Source: Eledone cirrhosa
Taxonomy: Eukaryota
Direction of reading: 5' to 3'
Length of the DNA: 64,000 nt
Assembly (NCBI GenBank): GCA_964016885.1
Contig: OZ024744.1
Coordinates: 133,238,001-133,302,000 of the forward strand
A model generated the notes under the pieces. It saw only the letters and a list, made by a program, of their open reading frames with translations, did not search any database and was not told the DNA's origin. Positions 42,201 through 58,426 of this stretch are shown piece after piece. The translations under genes and the position numbers were made by a program. Position 1 is the first letter of the stretch; each line of letters opens with the position of its first letter.

Positions 42201-45200
42201 CCATCTTAACTTAACCCCAACTTAACTTAACCCCAACTTAACTTAACCCCAACTTAAATTAACCCCAACTTAACTTAACCCCAACTTAACTTAACCCCGA
42301 CTTAACTTAACCCCAACTTAACTTAACCCCAACTTAACTTAACCCCAACTTAACCCCAACTTAACTTGACCCCAACTTAACTTAACCCCAACTTAACTCA
42401 ACCCCAACTTAACTTAACCCCAACTTAACTCAGCCCCAACTTAACTCAGCCCCAACTTAACTTAGCCCCAACTTAACTTAACACCAACTTAACTTAACGC
42501 CACCTTAACTTAACCCCAACTTAACTTAACCCCAACTTAACTTATCCCCAACTTAACTGAACCCCAACTTAACTTAACCCCAACTTAATATAACCCCAAC
42601 TTAACTTAACCCCAACTTAACTCAACCCCAACTTAAATTAACCCCAACTTAACTTAACCCCAACTTAACTTAACCCCAACTTAATTAACCCCAACTTAAA
42701 TTAACCCCAACTTAACTTAACACCAACTTAACGTAACCCCAACTTAATTTAACCCCAACTTAAATTAACCCCAACTTAACTTGCCCCCAACTTAACTTAC
42801 CCCCAACGTAACTTAACCCCAACTTAATTTAACCCCAACTTAATTTAACCCCAACTTAACTTAACCCCAACTTAATTAACCCCAACTTAAATTAACCCCA
42901 ACTTAACTTAATACCAACTTAACGTAACCCCATCTTAAATAAACCCCAACTTAAATTAACCCCAACTTAACTTAACCCCAACTTAACTTAACCCCAACTT
43001 AACTCAGCCCCAACTTAACTTAGCCCCAACTTAACTTAACCCCAACTTAACTTAACCCCAACTTAACTTAACCCCAACTTAACTTATCCCCAACTTAACT
43101 TAACCCCAACTTAACTTAAACCCAACTTAACTTAACCCCAACTTAAACTATCCCCAACTTAACTTATCCCCAACTTAACTTAACCCCAACTTAACTTAAC
43201 CCCAACTTAACTTAACCCCAACTTAATTTAACCCCAACTTAACTTAACCTCAACTTAACTTAACCCCAACTTAACTTAACCCCAACTTAACTTAACCCCA
43301 ACTTAAATTAGCCCCAACTTAACTTAACCCCAACTTAAATTAACCCCAACTTAACTTAACCCCAACTTAACTTAACCCCGACTTAAATTAACCCCAACTT
43401 AACTTAACCCCAACTTAACTTAACCCCAACTTAACTTAACCACAAATTAACTTAACCCCAACTTAACTTAACCCCAACTTAACTTAACCCCAACTTAACT
43501 TAACCCCAACTTAACTTAACCCCAACTTAACTTAAACCTAACTTAACTTAACCCCAACTTAACCCCAACTTCACTTGACCCCAACTTAACTTAACCCCAA
43601 CTTCACTCAGCCCCAACTTAACTCAGCCCCAACTTAACTTAGCCCCAACTTAACTTAACACCAACTTAACTTAACCCCAACTTAACCCCAACTTAACTTA
43701 ACCCCAATTTAACTCAACCCCAACTTAACTTAACCCCAACTTAACTCAGCCCCAACTTAACTCAGCCCCAACTTAACTTAGCCCCAACTTAACTTAACAC
43801 CAACTTAACTTAACCCCAACTTAACTTAACCCCAACTTAACTTAACCCCAACTTAACTTATCCCCAACTTAACTGAACCCCAACTTAACTTAACCCCAAC
43901 TTAATATAACCCCAACTTAACTTAACCCCAACTTAACTCAACCCCAACTTAACTTAACCCCAACTTAACTTAACCCCAACTTAATTAACCCCAACTTAAA
44001 TTAACCCCAACTTAACTTAACACCAACTTAACGTAACCCCAACTTAACTTAACCCCAACTTAACTTAAACCTAACTTAACTTAACCCCAACTTAACCCCA
44101 ACTTAACTTGACCCCAACTTAACTTAACCCCAACTTAACTCAACCCCAACTTAACTTAACCCCAACTTAACTCAGCCCCAACTTAACTCAGCCCCAACTT
44201 AACTTAGCCCCAACTTAACTTAACCCCAACTTAACTTAACCCCAACTTAACTTAACCCCAACTTAACTTATCCCCAACTCAACTGAACCCCAACTTAACT
44301 GAACCCCAACTTAAATTAACCCCAACTTAACTTAACCCCAACTTAACTTAACCCCAACTTAACTCAACACCAACTTAACTCAACCCCAACTTAACTCAAC
44401 CCCAATTTAACTCAACCCCAACTTAACTCAACCCCAACTTAACTTAACCCCAACTTAACTGAACCCTAACTTAACTTAACCCCGACTTAACTTAACCCCG
44501 ACTTAACTTAACCCCAACTTAACTTAACCCCAACTTAACTTAACCCCAACTTAACTTAAACCTAACTTAACTTAACCCCAACTTAACCCCAACTTAACTT
44601 GACCCCAACTTAACTTAACCCCAACTTAACTCAACCCCAACTTAACTTAACCCCAACTTAACTCAGCCCCAACTTAACTCAGCCCCAACTTAACTTAGCC
44701 CCAACTTAACTTAACACCAACTTAACTTAACCCCAACTTAACTTAACCCCAACTTAACTTAACCCCAACTTAACTCATCCCCAACTTAACTGAACCCCAA
44801 CTTAACTGAACCCCAACTTAAATTAACCCCAACTTAACTTAACCCCAACTTAACTTAACCCCAACTTAACTCAACACCAACTTAACTCAACCCCAACTTA
44901 ACTCAACCCCAATTTAACTCAACCCCAACTTAACTTAACCCCAACTTAACTTAACCCCAACTTAACTGAACCCTAACTTAACTTAACCCCGACTTAACTT
45001 AACCCCGACTTAACTTAACCCCAACTTAACTTAACCCCAACTTAACTTAACCCCAACTTAACTTAACCCCAACTTAATTTAACCCCATCTTAACCCCAAC
45101 TTAACTTAACCCCAACTTAACTGAACCCCAACTTAAATTAACCCCAACTTAAATAAACCCCAACTTAACTTAACCCCAACTTAACTTAACCCCAACTTAA

Positions 45201-48200
45201 CTTAACCCCAACTTAACTCAGCCCCAACTTAACTTAGCCCCAACTTAACTTAACCCCAACTTAACTTAACCCCAACTTAACTTAACCCCAACTTAACTTA
45301 ACCCCAACTTAACTTAACCCCAACTTAACTTAAACCCAACTTAACTTAACCCCAACTTAAATTATCCCCAACTTAACTTATCCCCAACATAACTTAACCC
45401 CAACTTAACTTAACCCCAACTTAACTTAACCCCAACTTAATTTAACCCCAACTTAACTTAACCTCAACTTAACTTAACCCCAACTTAACTTAACCCCATC
45501 TTAACTTAACCCCAACTTAACTTAACCCCAACTTAACTTAACCCCAACTTAAATTAACCCCAACTTAACTTAACCCCAACTTAACTTAACCCCGACTTAA
45601 CTTAACCCCAACTTAACTTAACCCCAACTTAACTTAACCCCAACTTAACCCCAACTTAACTTGACCCCAACTTAACTTAACCCCAACTTAACTCAACCCC
45701 AACTTAACTTAACCCCAACTTAACTCAGCCCCAACTTAACTCAGCCCCAACTTAACTTAGCCCCAACTTAACTTAACACCAACTTAACTTAACCCCACCT
45801 TAACTTAACCCCAACTTAACTTAACCCCAACTTAACTTATCCCCAACTTAACTGAACCCCAACTTAACTTAACCCCAACTTAATATAACCCCAACTTAAC
45901 TTAACCCCAACTTAACTCAACCCCAACTTAAATTAACCCCAACTTAACTTAACCCCAACTTAACTTAACCCCAACTTAATTAACCCCAACTTAAATTAAC
46001 CCCAACTTAACTTAACACCAACTTAACGTAACCCCAACTTAATTTAACCCCAACTTAAATTAACCCCAACTTAACTTGCCCCCAACTTAACTTACCCCCA
46101 ACGTAACTTAACCCCAACTTAATTTAACCCCAACTTAATTTAACCCCAACTTAACTTAACCCCAAATTAACTCAACCCCAACTTAACTCAACCCCAACTT
46201 AACTTAACCCCAACTTAACTTAACCCCAACTTAACTTAACCACAAATTAACTTAGCCCCAACTTAAATTAACCCCAAGTTAACTCAACCACAACTTAACT
46301 TAACCCCGACCTAACTTAACCCCAACTTAACTTAACCCCAACTTAACTCAACCCCAACTTAACTCAACCCCAATTTAACTCAACCCCAACTTAACTCAAC
46401 CCCAACTTAACTTAACCCCAACTTAACTGAACCCTAACTTAACTTAACCCCGACTTAACTTAACCCCGACTTAACTTAACCCCAACTTAACTTAACCCCA
46501 ACTTAACTTAACCCCAACTTAACTTAACCCCAACTTAATTTAACCCCATCTTAACCCCAACTTAACTTAACCCCAACTTAACTGAACCCCAACTTAAATT
46601 AACCCCAACTTAAATAAACCCCAACTTAACTTAACCCCAACTTAACTTAACCCCAACTTAACTTAACCCCAACTTAACTCAGCCCCAACTTAACTTAGCC
46701 CCAACTTAACTTAACCCCAACTTAACTTAACACCAACTTAACTTAACCCCAACTTAACTTAACCCCAACTTAACTTAACCCCAACTTAACTTAAACCCAA
46801 CTTAACTTAACCCCAACTTAAATTATCCCCAACTTAACTTATCCCCAACTTAACTTAACCCCAACTTAACTTAACCCCAACTTAACTTAACCCCAACTTA
46901 ATTTAACCCCAACTTAATTTAACCTCAACTTAACTTAACCCCAACTTAACTTAACCCCATCTTAACTTAACCCCAACTTAACTTAACCCCAACTTAACTT
47001 AACCCCAACTTAAATTAACCCCAACTTAACTTAACCCCAACTTAACTTAACCCCGACTTAACTTAACCCCAACTTAACTTAACCCCAACTTAACTTAACC
47101 CCAACTTAACCCCAACTTAACTTGACCCCAACTTAACTTAACCCCAACTTAACTCAACCCCAACTTAACTTAACCCCAACTTAACTCAGCCCCAACTTAA
47201 CTCAGCCCCAACTTAACTTAGCCCCAACTTAACTTAACACCAACTTAACTTAACCCCACCTTAACTTAACCCCAACTTAACTTAACCCCAACTTAACTTA
47301 TCCCCAACTTAACTGAACCCCAACTTAACTTAACCCCAACTTAATATAACCCCAACTTAACTTAACCCCAACTTAACTCAACCCCAACTTAAATTAACCC
47401 CAACTTAACTTAACCCCAACTTAACTTAACCCCAACTTAATTAACCCCAACTTAAATTAACCCCAACTTAACTTAACACCAACTTAACGTAACCCCAACT
47501 TAATTTAACCCCAACTTAAATTAACCCCAACTTAACTTGCCCCCAACTTAACTTACCCCCAACGTAACTTAACCCCAACTTAATTTAACCCCAACTTAAT
47601 TTAACCCCAACTTAACTTAACCCCAAATTAACTCAACCCCAACTTAACTCAACCCCAACTTAACTTAACCCCAACTTAACTTAACGCCAACTTAACTTAA
47701 CCACAAATTAACTTAGCCCCAACTTAAATTAACCCCAAGTTAACTCAACCACAACTTAACTTAACCCCGACCTAACTTAACCCCAACTTAACTTAACCCC
47801 AACTTAACTTGACCCCAACTTAACTTAACCCCAACTTAACTCAACCCCAACTTAACTTAACCCCAACTTAACTCAGCCCCAACTTAAATTAACCCCAACT
47901 TAACTTAACCCCAACTTAACTTAACCCCAACTTAACTCAACACCAACTTAACTCAACCCCAACTTAACTCAACCCCAATTTAACTCAACCCCAACTTAAC
48001 TCAACCCCAACTTAACTTAACCCCAACTTAACTGAACCCTAACTTAACTTAACCCCGACTTAACTTAACCCCGACTTAACTTAACGCCAACTTAACTTAA
48101 CCCCAACTTAACTTAACCCCAACTTAACTTAACCCCAACTTAATTTAACCCCATCTTAACCCCAACTTAACTTAACCCCAACTTAACTGAACCCCACCTT

Positions 48201-49754
48201 AAATTAACCCCAACTTAAATAAACCCCAACTTAACTTAACCCCAACTTAACTTAACCCCAACTTAACTTAACCCCAACTTAACTCAGCCCCAACTTAACT
48301 TAGCCCCAACTTAACTTAACCCCAACTTAACTTAACCCCAACTTAACTTAACCCCAACTTAACTTAACCCCAACTTAACTTAACCCCAACTTAACTTAAA
48401 CCCAACTTAACTTAACCCCAACTTAAATTATCCCCAACTTAACTTATCCCCAACTTAACTTAACCCCAACTTAACTTAACCCCAACTTAACTTAACCCCA
48501 ACTTAATTTAACCCCAACTTAACTTAACCTCAACTTAAATTAACCCAAACTTAACTTAACCCCATCTTAACTTAACCCCAACTTAACTTAACCCCAACTT
48601 AACTTAACCCCAACTTAAATTAACCCCAACTTAACTTAACCCCAACTTAACTTAACCCCGACTTAACTTAACCCCAACTTAACTTAACCCCAACTTAACT
48701 TAACCCCAACTTAACCCCAACTTAACTTGACCCCAACTTAACTTAACCCCAACTTAACTCAACCCCAACTTAACTTAACCCCAACTTAACTCAGCCCCAA
48801 CTTAACTCAGCCCCAACTTAACTTAGCCCCAACTTAACTTAACACCAACTTAACTTAACCCCACCTTAACTTAACCCCAACTTAACTTAACCCCAACTTA
48901 ACTTATCCCCAACTTAACTGAACCCCAACTTAACTTAACCCCAACTTAATATAACCCCAACTTAACTTAACCCCAACTTAACTCAACCCCAACTTAAATT
49001 AACCCCAACTTAACTTAACCCCAACTTAACTTAACCCCAACTTAATTAACCCCAACTTAAATTAACCCCAACTTAACTTAACACCAACTTAACGTAACCC
49101 CAACTTAATTTAACCCCAACTTAAATTAACCCCAACTTAACTTGCCCCCAACTTAACTTACCCCCAACGTAACTTAACCCCAACTTAATTTAACCCCAAC
49201 TTAATTTAACCCCAACTTAACTTAACCCCAAATTAACTCAACCCCAACTTAACTCAACCCCAACTTAACTTAACCCCAACTTAACTTAACCCCAACTTAA
49301 CTTAACCACAAATTAACTTAGCCCCAACTTAAATTAACCCCAAGTTAACTCAACCACAACTTAACTTAACCCCGACCTAACTTAACCCCAACTTAACTTA
49401 ACCCCAACTTAACTTAACCCCAACTTCACTCAACCCCAACTTAACTCAACCCCAACTTAACCCCAACTTAACTTAACCCCAACTTAAATTAACCACAAAG
49501 TTAACTTAACCCCAATTTAAATTAACCCCAACTTAACTTAACCCCAACTTAACATAACCACCACTTAATTAACCCCAACTTAACTCAACCCCAACTTAAC
49601 TTAACCCTAACTTAACTTAACCCCCAACTTAACCGCAACTTAACTTAACCCCAACTTAACTTACCCCCAACTTAACTTACCCCCAACTTAACTGAACCCC
49701 AACTTAAGTTAAGCCTAACTTAACTTAACGCCAACTTAACTTAACCCCGACTTA

Positions 49755-49927
49755 GGGCTTAAGTTAAGTTGGGGCTAAGTTAAGTTGGGGTTAAGTCAAG
49801 TTGGAAGTTGTGGTTGAGTGAAGTTGGGGTTAAGTTAAGTTGGGGTTGAGTGAAGTTGGGGTTAAGTTAAGTTGGGGTTGAGTTACGTTGGGGTTGAGTT
49901 ACGTTGGGGTTAAGTTAAGTTGGGGTT
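49755..49927 (-). repeat. Inverted satellite cassette copy 10 (173 bp)
   Basis: Same junctions. Two consecutive GAGTTACG monomers. Confidence 0.97.
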
Positions 49928-50789
49928 AACCCCAACTTAACTTAACCCCAACTTAACTTAACCCCAACTTAACTTAACCCCAACTTAACTTAACCCCAAC
50001 ATAACTTAACCCCAACTTAAATTAACCCCAACTTAACTTAAACTCAACTTAACTAACCAACTTATCTTAACCCCAACTTAACTTAACCCCAACTTAACTT
50101 AACCCCAACTTAACTTAACCCCAACTTAACTTAACCCCAACTTAAATTAACCCCAACTTAACTTAACCCCAACTTAACTTAACCCCGACTTAACTTAACC
50201 CCAACTTAACTTAACCCCAACTTAACTTAGCCCCAACTTAACTTAGCCCCAACTTAACTTAGCCCCAACTTAACTTAACCCCAACTTAACATAACCGCAC
50301 CTTAACTTAACCTCAACTTAACTTAACTGCAACTTAACTTAACCCCAACTTAACTTAACCCCAACTTAACTCAACACCAACTTAACTCAACCCCAACTTA
50401 GCTCAACCCCAATTTAACTCAACCCCAAGTTAACTCAACCCCAACTTAACTTAACCCCAACTTAACTGAACCCTAACTTAACTTAACCCCGACTTAAATT
50501 AAGCCCAACTTAACTTAACCCCAACTTAACTCAGCCCCAACTTAACTTAGCCCTAACTTAACTTAACCCCAACTTAACTTAACCCCAACTTAATTAACCC
50601 CAACTTAAATTAACCCCAACTTAACTTAACACCAACTTAACGTAACCCCATCTTAAATAAACCCCAACTTAAATTAACCCCAACTTAACTTAACCCCAAC
50701 TTAACTTAACCCCAACTTAACTCAGCCCCAACTTAACTTAGCCGCAACTTAACTTAACCCCAACTTAACTTAACCCCAACTTAACTTAA

Positions 50790-51240
50790 CCCCAACTTAA
50801 CTTATCCCCAACTTAACTTAACCCCAACTTAACTTAAACCCAACTTAACTTAACCCCAACTTAAACTATCCCCAACTTAACTTATCCCCAACTTAACTTA
50901 ACCCCAACTTAACTTAACCCCAACTTAACTTAACCCCAACTTAATTTAACCCCAACTTAACTTAACCTCAACTTAACTTAACCCCAACTTAACTTAACCC
51001 CAACTTAACTTAACCCCAACTTAACTTATCCCCAACTTAACTTAACCCCAACTTAACTTAAACCCAACTTAACTTAACCCCAACTTAAACTATCCCCAAC
51101 TTAACTTATCCCCAACTTAACTTAACCCCAACTTAACTTAACCCCAACTTAACTTAACCCCAACTTAATTTAACCCCAACTTAACTTAACCTCAACTTAA
51201 CTTAACCCCAACTTAACTTAACCCCAACTTAACTTAACCC
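50790..51240 (+). repeat. 224-bp (14-monomer) local tandem duplication; repeated at about 59460-59910
   Basis: AAACTATCCCC occurs at 50863 and 51087, and again at 59535 and 59759. Confidence 0.85.
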
Positions 51241-54200
51241 CAACTTAAATTAGCCCCAACTTAACTTAACCCCAACTTAAATTAACCCCAACTTAACTTA
51301 ACCCCAACTTAACTTAACCCCGACTTAAATTAACCCCAACTTAACTTAACCCCAACTTAACTTAACCCCAACTTAACTTAACCACAAATTAACTTAACCC
51401 CAACTTAACTTAACCCCAACTTAACTTAACCCCAACTTAACTTAACCCCAACTTAACTTAACCCCAACTTAACTTAAACCTAACTTAACTTAACCCCAAC
51501 TTAACCCCAACTTAACTTGACCCCAACTTAACTTAACCCCAACTTAACTCAACCCCAACTTAACTTAACCCCAACTTCACTCAGCCCCAACTTAACTCAG
51601 CCCCAACTTAACTTAGCCCCAACTTAACTTAACACCAACTTAACTTAACCCCAACTTAACTTAACCCCAACTTAACTCAACCCCAACTTAACTCAGCCCC
51701 AACTTAACTCAGCCCCAACTTAACTTAGCCCCAACTTAACTTAACACCAACTTAACTTAACCCCACCTTAACTTAACCCCAACTTAACTTAACCCCAACT
51801 TAACTTATCCCCAACTTAACTGAACCCCAACTTAACTTAGTCCCAACTTAACTTAGCCCCAACTTAACTTAACCCCAACTTAACTTAACCCCAACTTAAC
51901 TTAACCCCAACTTAACTTATCCCCAACTTAACTTAACCCCAACTTAACTTAAAGCCAACTTAACTTAACCCCAACTTAAATTATCCCCAACTTAACTTAT
52001 CCCCAACTTAACTTAACCCCAACTTAACTTAACCCCAACTTAACTTAACCACAACTTAATTTAACCCCAACTTAACTTAACCTCAACTTAACTTAACCCC
52101 AACTTAACTTAACCCCAACTTAACTTAACCCCAACTTAACTTAACCCCAACTTAACTTAACCAGAAATTAACTTAACCCCAACTTAACTTAACCCCAACT
52201 TAACTTAAACCTAACTTAACTTAACCCCAACTTAACCCCAACTTCACTTGACCCCAACTTAACTTAACCCCAACTTCACTCAGCCCCAACTTAACTCAGC
52301 CCCAACTTAACTTAGCCCCAACTTAACTTAACACCAACTTAACTTAACCCCAACTTAACCCCAACTTAACTTAACCCCAATTTAACTCAACCCCAACTTA
52401 ACTTAACCCCAACTTAACTCAGCCCCAACTTAACTCAGCCCCAACTTAACTTAGCCCCAACTTAACTTAACACCAACTTAACTTAACCCCAACTTAACTT
52501 AACCCCAACTTAACTTAACCCCAACTTAACTTATCCCCAACTTAACTGAACCCCAACTTAACTTAACCCCAACTTAATATAACCCCAACTTAACTTAACC
52601 CCAACTTAACTCAACCCCAACTTAACTTAACCCCAACTTAACTTAACCCCAACTTAATTAACCCCAACTTAAATTAACCCCAACTTAACTTAACACCAAC
52701 TTAACGTAACCCCAACTTAACTTAACCCCAACTTAACTTAAACCTAACTTAACTTAACCCCAACTTAACCCCAACTTAACTTGACCCCAACTTAACTTAA
52801 CCCCAACTTAACTCAACCCCAACTTAACTTAACCCCAACTTAACTCAGCCCCAACTTAACTCAGCCCCAACTTAACTTAGCCCCAACTTAACTTAACCCC
52901 AACTTAACTTAACCCCAACTTAACTTAACCCCAACTTAACTTATCCCCAACTCAACTGAACCCCAACTTAACTGAACCCCAACTTAAATTAACCCCAACT
53001 TAACTTAACCCCAACTTAACTTAACCCCAACTTAACTCAACACCAACTTAACTCAACCCCAACTTAACTCAACCCCAATTTAACTCAACCCCAACTTAAC
53101 TCAACCCCAACTTAACTTAACCCCAACTTAACTGAACCCTAACTTAACTTAACCCCGACTTAACTTAACCCCGACTTAACTTAACCCCAACTTAACTTAA
53201 CCCCAACTTAACTTAACCCCAACTTAACTTAAACCTAACTTAACTTAACCCCAACTTAACCCCAACTTAACTTGACCCCAACTTAACTTAACCCCAACTT
53301 AACTCAACCCCAACTTAACTTAACCCCAACTTAACTCAGCCCCAACTTAACTCAGCCCCAACTTAACTTAGCCCCAACTTAACTTAACACCAACTTAACT
53401 TAACCCCAACTTAACTTAACCCCAACTTAACTTAACCCCAACTTAACTCATCCCCAACTTAACTGAACCCCAACTTAACTGAACCCCAACTTAAATTAAC
53501 CCCAACTTAACTTAACCCCAACTTAACTTAACCCCAACTTAACTCAACACCAACTTAACTCAACCCCAACTTAACTCAACCCCAATTTAACTCAACCCCA
53601 ACTTAACTTAACCCCAACTTAACTTAACCCCAACTTAACTGAACCCTAACTTAACTTAACCCCGACTTAACTTAACCCCGACTTAACTTAACCCCAACTT
53701 AACTTAACCCCAACTTAACTTAACCCCAACTTAACTTAACCCCAACTTAATTTAACCCCATCTTAACCCCAACTTAACTTAACCCCAACTTAACTGAACC
53801 CCAACTTAAATTAACCCCAACTTAAATAAACCCCAACTTAACTTAACCCCAACTTAACTTAACCCCAACTTAACTTAACCCCAACTTAACTCAGCCCCAA
53901 CTTAACTTAGCCCCAACTTAACTTAACCCCAACTTAACTTAACCCCAACTTAACTTAACCCCAACTTAACTTAACCCCAACTTAACTTAACCCCAACTTA
54001 ACTTAAACCCAACTTAACTTAACCCCAACTTAAATTATCCCCAACTTAACTTATCCCCAACATAACTTAACCCCAACTTAACTTAACCCCAACTTAACTT
54101 AACCCCAACTTAATTTAACCCCAACTTAACTTAACCTCAACTTAACTTAACCCCAACTTAACTTAACCCCATCTTAACTTAACCCCAACTTAACTTAACC

Positions 54201-57200
54201 CCAACTTAACTTAACCCCAACTTAAATTAACCCCAACTTAACTTAACCCCAACTTAACTTAACCCCGACTTAACTTAACCCCAACTTAACTTAACCCCAA
54301 CTTAACTTAACCCCAACTTAACCCCAACTTAACTTGACCCCAACTTAACTTAACCCCAACTTAACTCAACCCCAACTTAACTTAACCCCAACTTAACTCA
54401 GCCCCAACTTAACTCAGCCCCAACTTAACTTAGCCCCAACTTAACTTAACACCAACTTAACTTAACCCCACCTTAACTTAACCCCAACTTAACTTAACCC
54501 CAACTTAACTTATCCCCAACTTAACTGAACCCCAACTTAACTTAACCCCAACTTAATATAACCCCAACTTAACTTAACCCCAACTTAACTCAACCCCAAC
54601 TTAAATTAACCCCAACTTAACTTAACCCCAACTTAACTTAACCCCAACTTAATTAACCCCAACTTAAATTAACCCCAACTTAACTTAACACCAACTTAAC
54701 GTAACCCCAACTTAATTTAACCCCAACTTAAATTAACCCCAACTTAACTTGCCCCCAACTTAACTTACCCCCAACGTAACTTAACCCCAACTTAATTTAA
54801 CCCCAACTTAATTTAACCCCAACTTAACTTAACCCCAAATTAACTCAACCCCAACTTAACTCAACCCCAACTTAACTTAACCCCAACTTAACTTAACCCC
54901 AACTTAACTTAACCACAAATTAACTTAGCCCCAACTTAAATTAACCCCAAGTTAACTCAACCACAACTTAACTTAACCCCGACCTAACTTAACCCCAACT
55001 TAACTTAACCCCAACTTAACTCAACCCCAACTTAACTCAACCCCAATTTAACTCAACCCCAACTTAACTCAACCCCAACTTAACTTAACCCCAACTTAAC
55101 TGAACCCTAACTTAACTTAACCCCGACTTAACTTAACCCCGACTTAACTTAACCCCAACTTAACTTAACCCCAACTTAACTTAACCCCAACTTAACTTAA
55201 CCCCAACTTAATTTAACCCCATCTTAACCCCAACTTAACTTAACCCCAACTTAACTGAACCCCAACTTAAATTAACCCCAACTTAAATAAACCCCAACTT
55301 AACTTAACCCCAACTTAACTTAACCCCAACTTAACTTAACCCCAACTTAACTCAGCCCCAACTTAACTTAGCCCCAACTTAACTTAACCCCAACTTAACT
55401 TAACACCAACTTAACTTAACCCCAACTTAACTTAACCCCAACTTAACTTAACCCCAACTTAACTTAAACCCAACTTAACTTAACCCCAACTTAAATTATC
55501 CCCAACTTAACTTATCCCCAACTTAACTTAACCCCAACTTAACTTAACCCCAACTTAACTTAACCCCAACTTAATTTAACCCCAACTTAATTTAACCTCA
55601 ACTTAACTTAACCCCAACTTAACTTAACCCCATCTTAACTTAACCCCAACTTAACTTAACCCCAACTTAACTTAACCCCAACTTAAATTAACCCCAACTT
55701 AACTTAACCCCAACTTAACTTAACCCCGACTTAACTTAACCCCAACTTAACTTAACCCCAACTTAACTTAACCCCAACTTAACCCCAACTTAACTTGACC
55801 CCAACTTAACTTAACCCCAACTTAACTCAACCCCAACTTAACTTAACCCCAACTTAACTCAGCCCCAACTTAACTCAGCCCCAACTTAACTTAGCCCCAA
55901 CTTAACTTAACACCAACTTAACTTAACCCCACCTTAACTTAACCCCAACTTAACTTAACCCCAACTTAACTTATCCCCAACTTAACTGAACCCCAACTTA
56001 ACTTAACCCCAACTTAATATAACCCCAACTTAACTTAACCCCAACTTAACTCAACCCCAACTTAAATTAACCCCAACTTAACTTAACCCCAACTTAACTT
56101 AACCCCAACTTAATTAACCCCAACTTAAATTAACCCCAACTTAACTTAACACCAACTTAACGTAACCCCAACTTAATTTAACCCCAACTTAAATTAACCC
56201 CAACTTAACTTGCCCCCAACTTAACTTACCCCCAACGTAACTTAACCCCAACTTAATTTAACCCCAACTTAATTTAACCCCAACTTAACTTAACCCCAAA
56301 TTAACTCAACCCCAACTTAACTCAACCCCAACTTAACTTAACCCCAACTTAACTTAACCCCAACTTAACTTAACCACAAATTAACTTAGCCCCAACTTAA
56401 ATTAACCCCAAGTTAACTCAACCACAACTTAACTTAACCCCGACCTAACTTAACCCCAACTTAACTTAACCCCAACTTAACTTGACCCCAACTTAACTTA
56501 ACCCCAACTTAACTCAACCCCAACTTAACTTAACCCCAACTTAACTCAGCCCCAACTTAAATTAACCCCAACTTAACTTAACCCCAACTTAACTTAACCC
56601 CAACTTAACTCAACACCAACTTAACTCAACCCCAACTTAACTCAACCCCAATTTAACTCAACCCCAACTTAACTCAACCCCAACTTAACTTAACCCCAAC
56701 TTAACTGAACCCTAACTTAACTTAACCCCGACTTAACTTAACCCCGACTTAACTTAACGCCAACTTAACTTAACCCCAACTTAACTTAACCCCAACTTAA
56801 CTTAACCCCAACTTAATTTAACCCCATCTTAACCCCAACTTAACTTAACCCCAACTTAACTGAACCCCACCTTAAATTAACCCCAACTTAAATAAACCCC
56901 AACTTAACTTAACCCCAACTTAACTTAACCCCAACTTAACTTAACCCCAACTTAACTCAGCCCCAACTTAACTTAGCCCCAACTTAACTTAACCCCAACT
57001 TAACTTAACCCCAACTTAACTTAACCCCAACTTAACTTAACCCCAACTTAACTTAACCCCAACTTAACTTAAACCCAACTTAACTTAACCCCAACTTAAA
57101 TTATCCCCAACTTAACTTATCCCCAACTTAACTTAACCCCAACTTAACTTAACCCCAACTTAACTTAACCCCAACTTAATTTAACCCCAACTTAACTTAA

Positions 57201-58426
57201 CCTCAACTTAAATTAACCCAAACTTAACTTAACCCCATCTTAACTTAACCCCAACTTAACTTAACCCCAACTTAACTTAACCCCAACTTAAATTAACCCC
57301 AACTTAACTTAACCCCAACTTAACTTAACCCCGACTTAACTTAACCCCAACTTAACTTAACCCCAACTTAACTTAACCCCAACTTAACCCCAACTTAACT
57401 TGACCCCAACTTAACTTAACCCCAACTTAACTCAACCCCAACTTAACTTAACCCCAACTTAACTCAGCCCCAACTTAACTCAGCCCCAACTTAACTTAGC
57501 CCCAACTTAACTTAACACCAACTTAACTTAACCCCACCTTAACTTAACCCCAACTTAACTTAACCCCAACTTAACTTATCCCCAACTTAACTGAACCCCA
57601 ACTTAACTTAACCCCAACTTAATATAACCCCAACTTAACTTAACCCCAACTTAACTCAACCCCAACTTAAATTAACCCCAACTTAACTTAACCCCAACTT
57701 AACTTAACCCCAACTTAATTAACCCCAACTTAAATTAACCCCAACTTAACTTAACACCAACTTAACGTAACCCCAACTTAATTTAACCCCAACTTAAATT
57801 AACCCCAACTTAACTTGCCCCCAACTTAACTTACCCCCAACGTAACTTAACCCCAACTTAATTTAACCCCAACTTAATTTAACCCCAACTTAACTTAACC
57901 CCAAATTAACTCAACCCCAACTTAACTCAACCCCAACTTAACTTAACCCCAACTTAACTTAACCCCAACTTAACTTAACCACAAATTAACTTAGCCCCAA
58001 CTTAAATTAACCCCAAGTTAACTCAACCACAACTTAACTTAACCCCGACCTAACTTAACCCCAACTTAACTTAACCCCAACTTAACTTAACCCCAACTTC
58101 ACTCAACCCCAACTTAACTCAACCCCAACTTAACCCCAACTTAACTTAACCCCAACTTAAATTAACCACAAAGTTAACTTAACCCCAATTTAAATTAACC
58201 CCAACTTAACTTAACCCCAACTTAACATAACCACCACTTAATTAACCCCAACTTAACTCAACCCCAACTTAACTTAACCCTAACTTAACTTAACCCCAAC
58301 TTAACCGCAACTTAACTTAACCCCAACTTAACTTACCCCCAACTTAACTTACCCCCAACTTAACTGAACCCCAACTTAAGTTAAGCCTAACTTAACTTAA
58401 CGCCAACTTAACTTAACCCCGACTTA

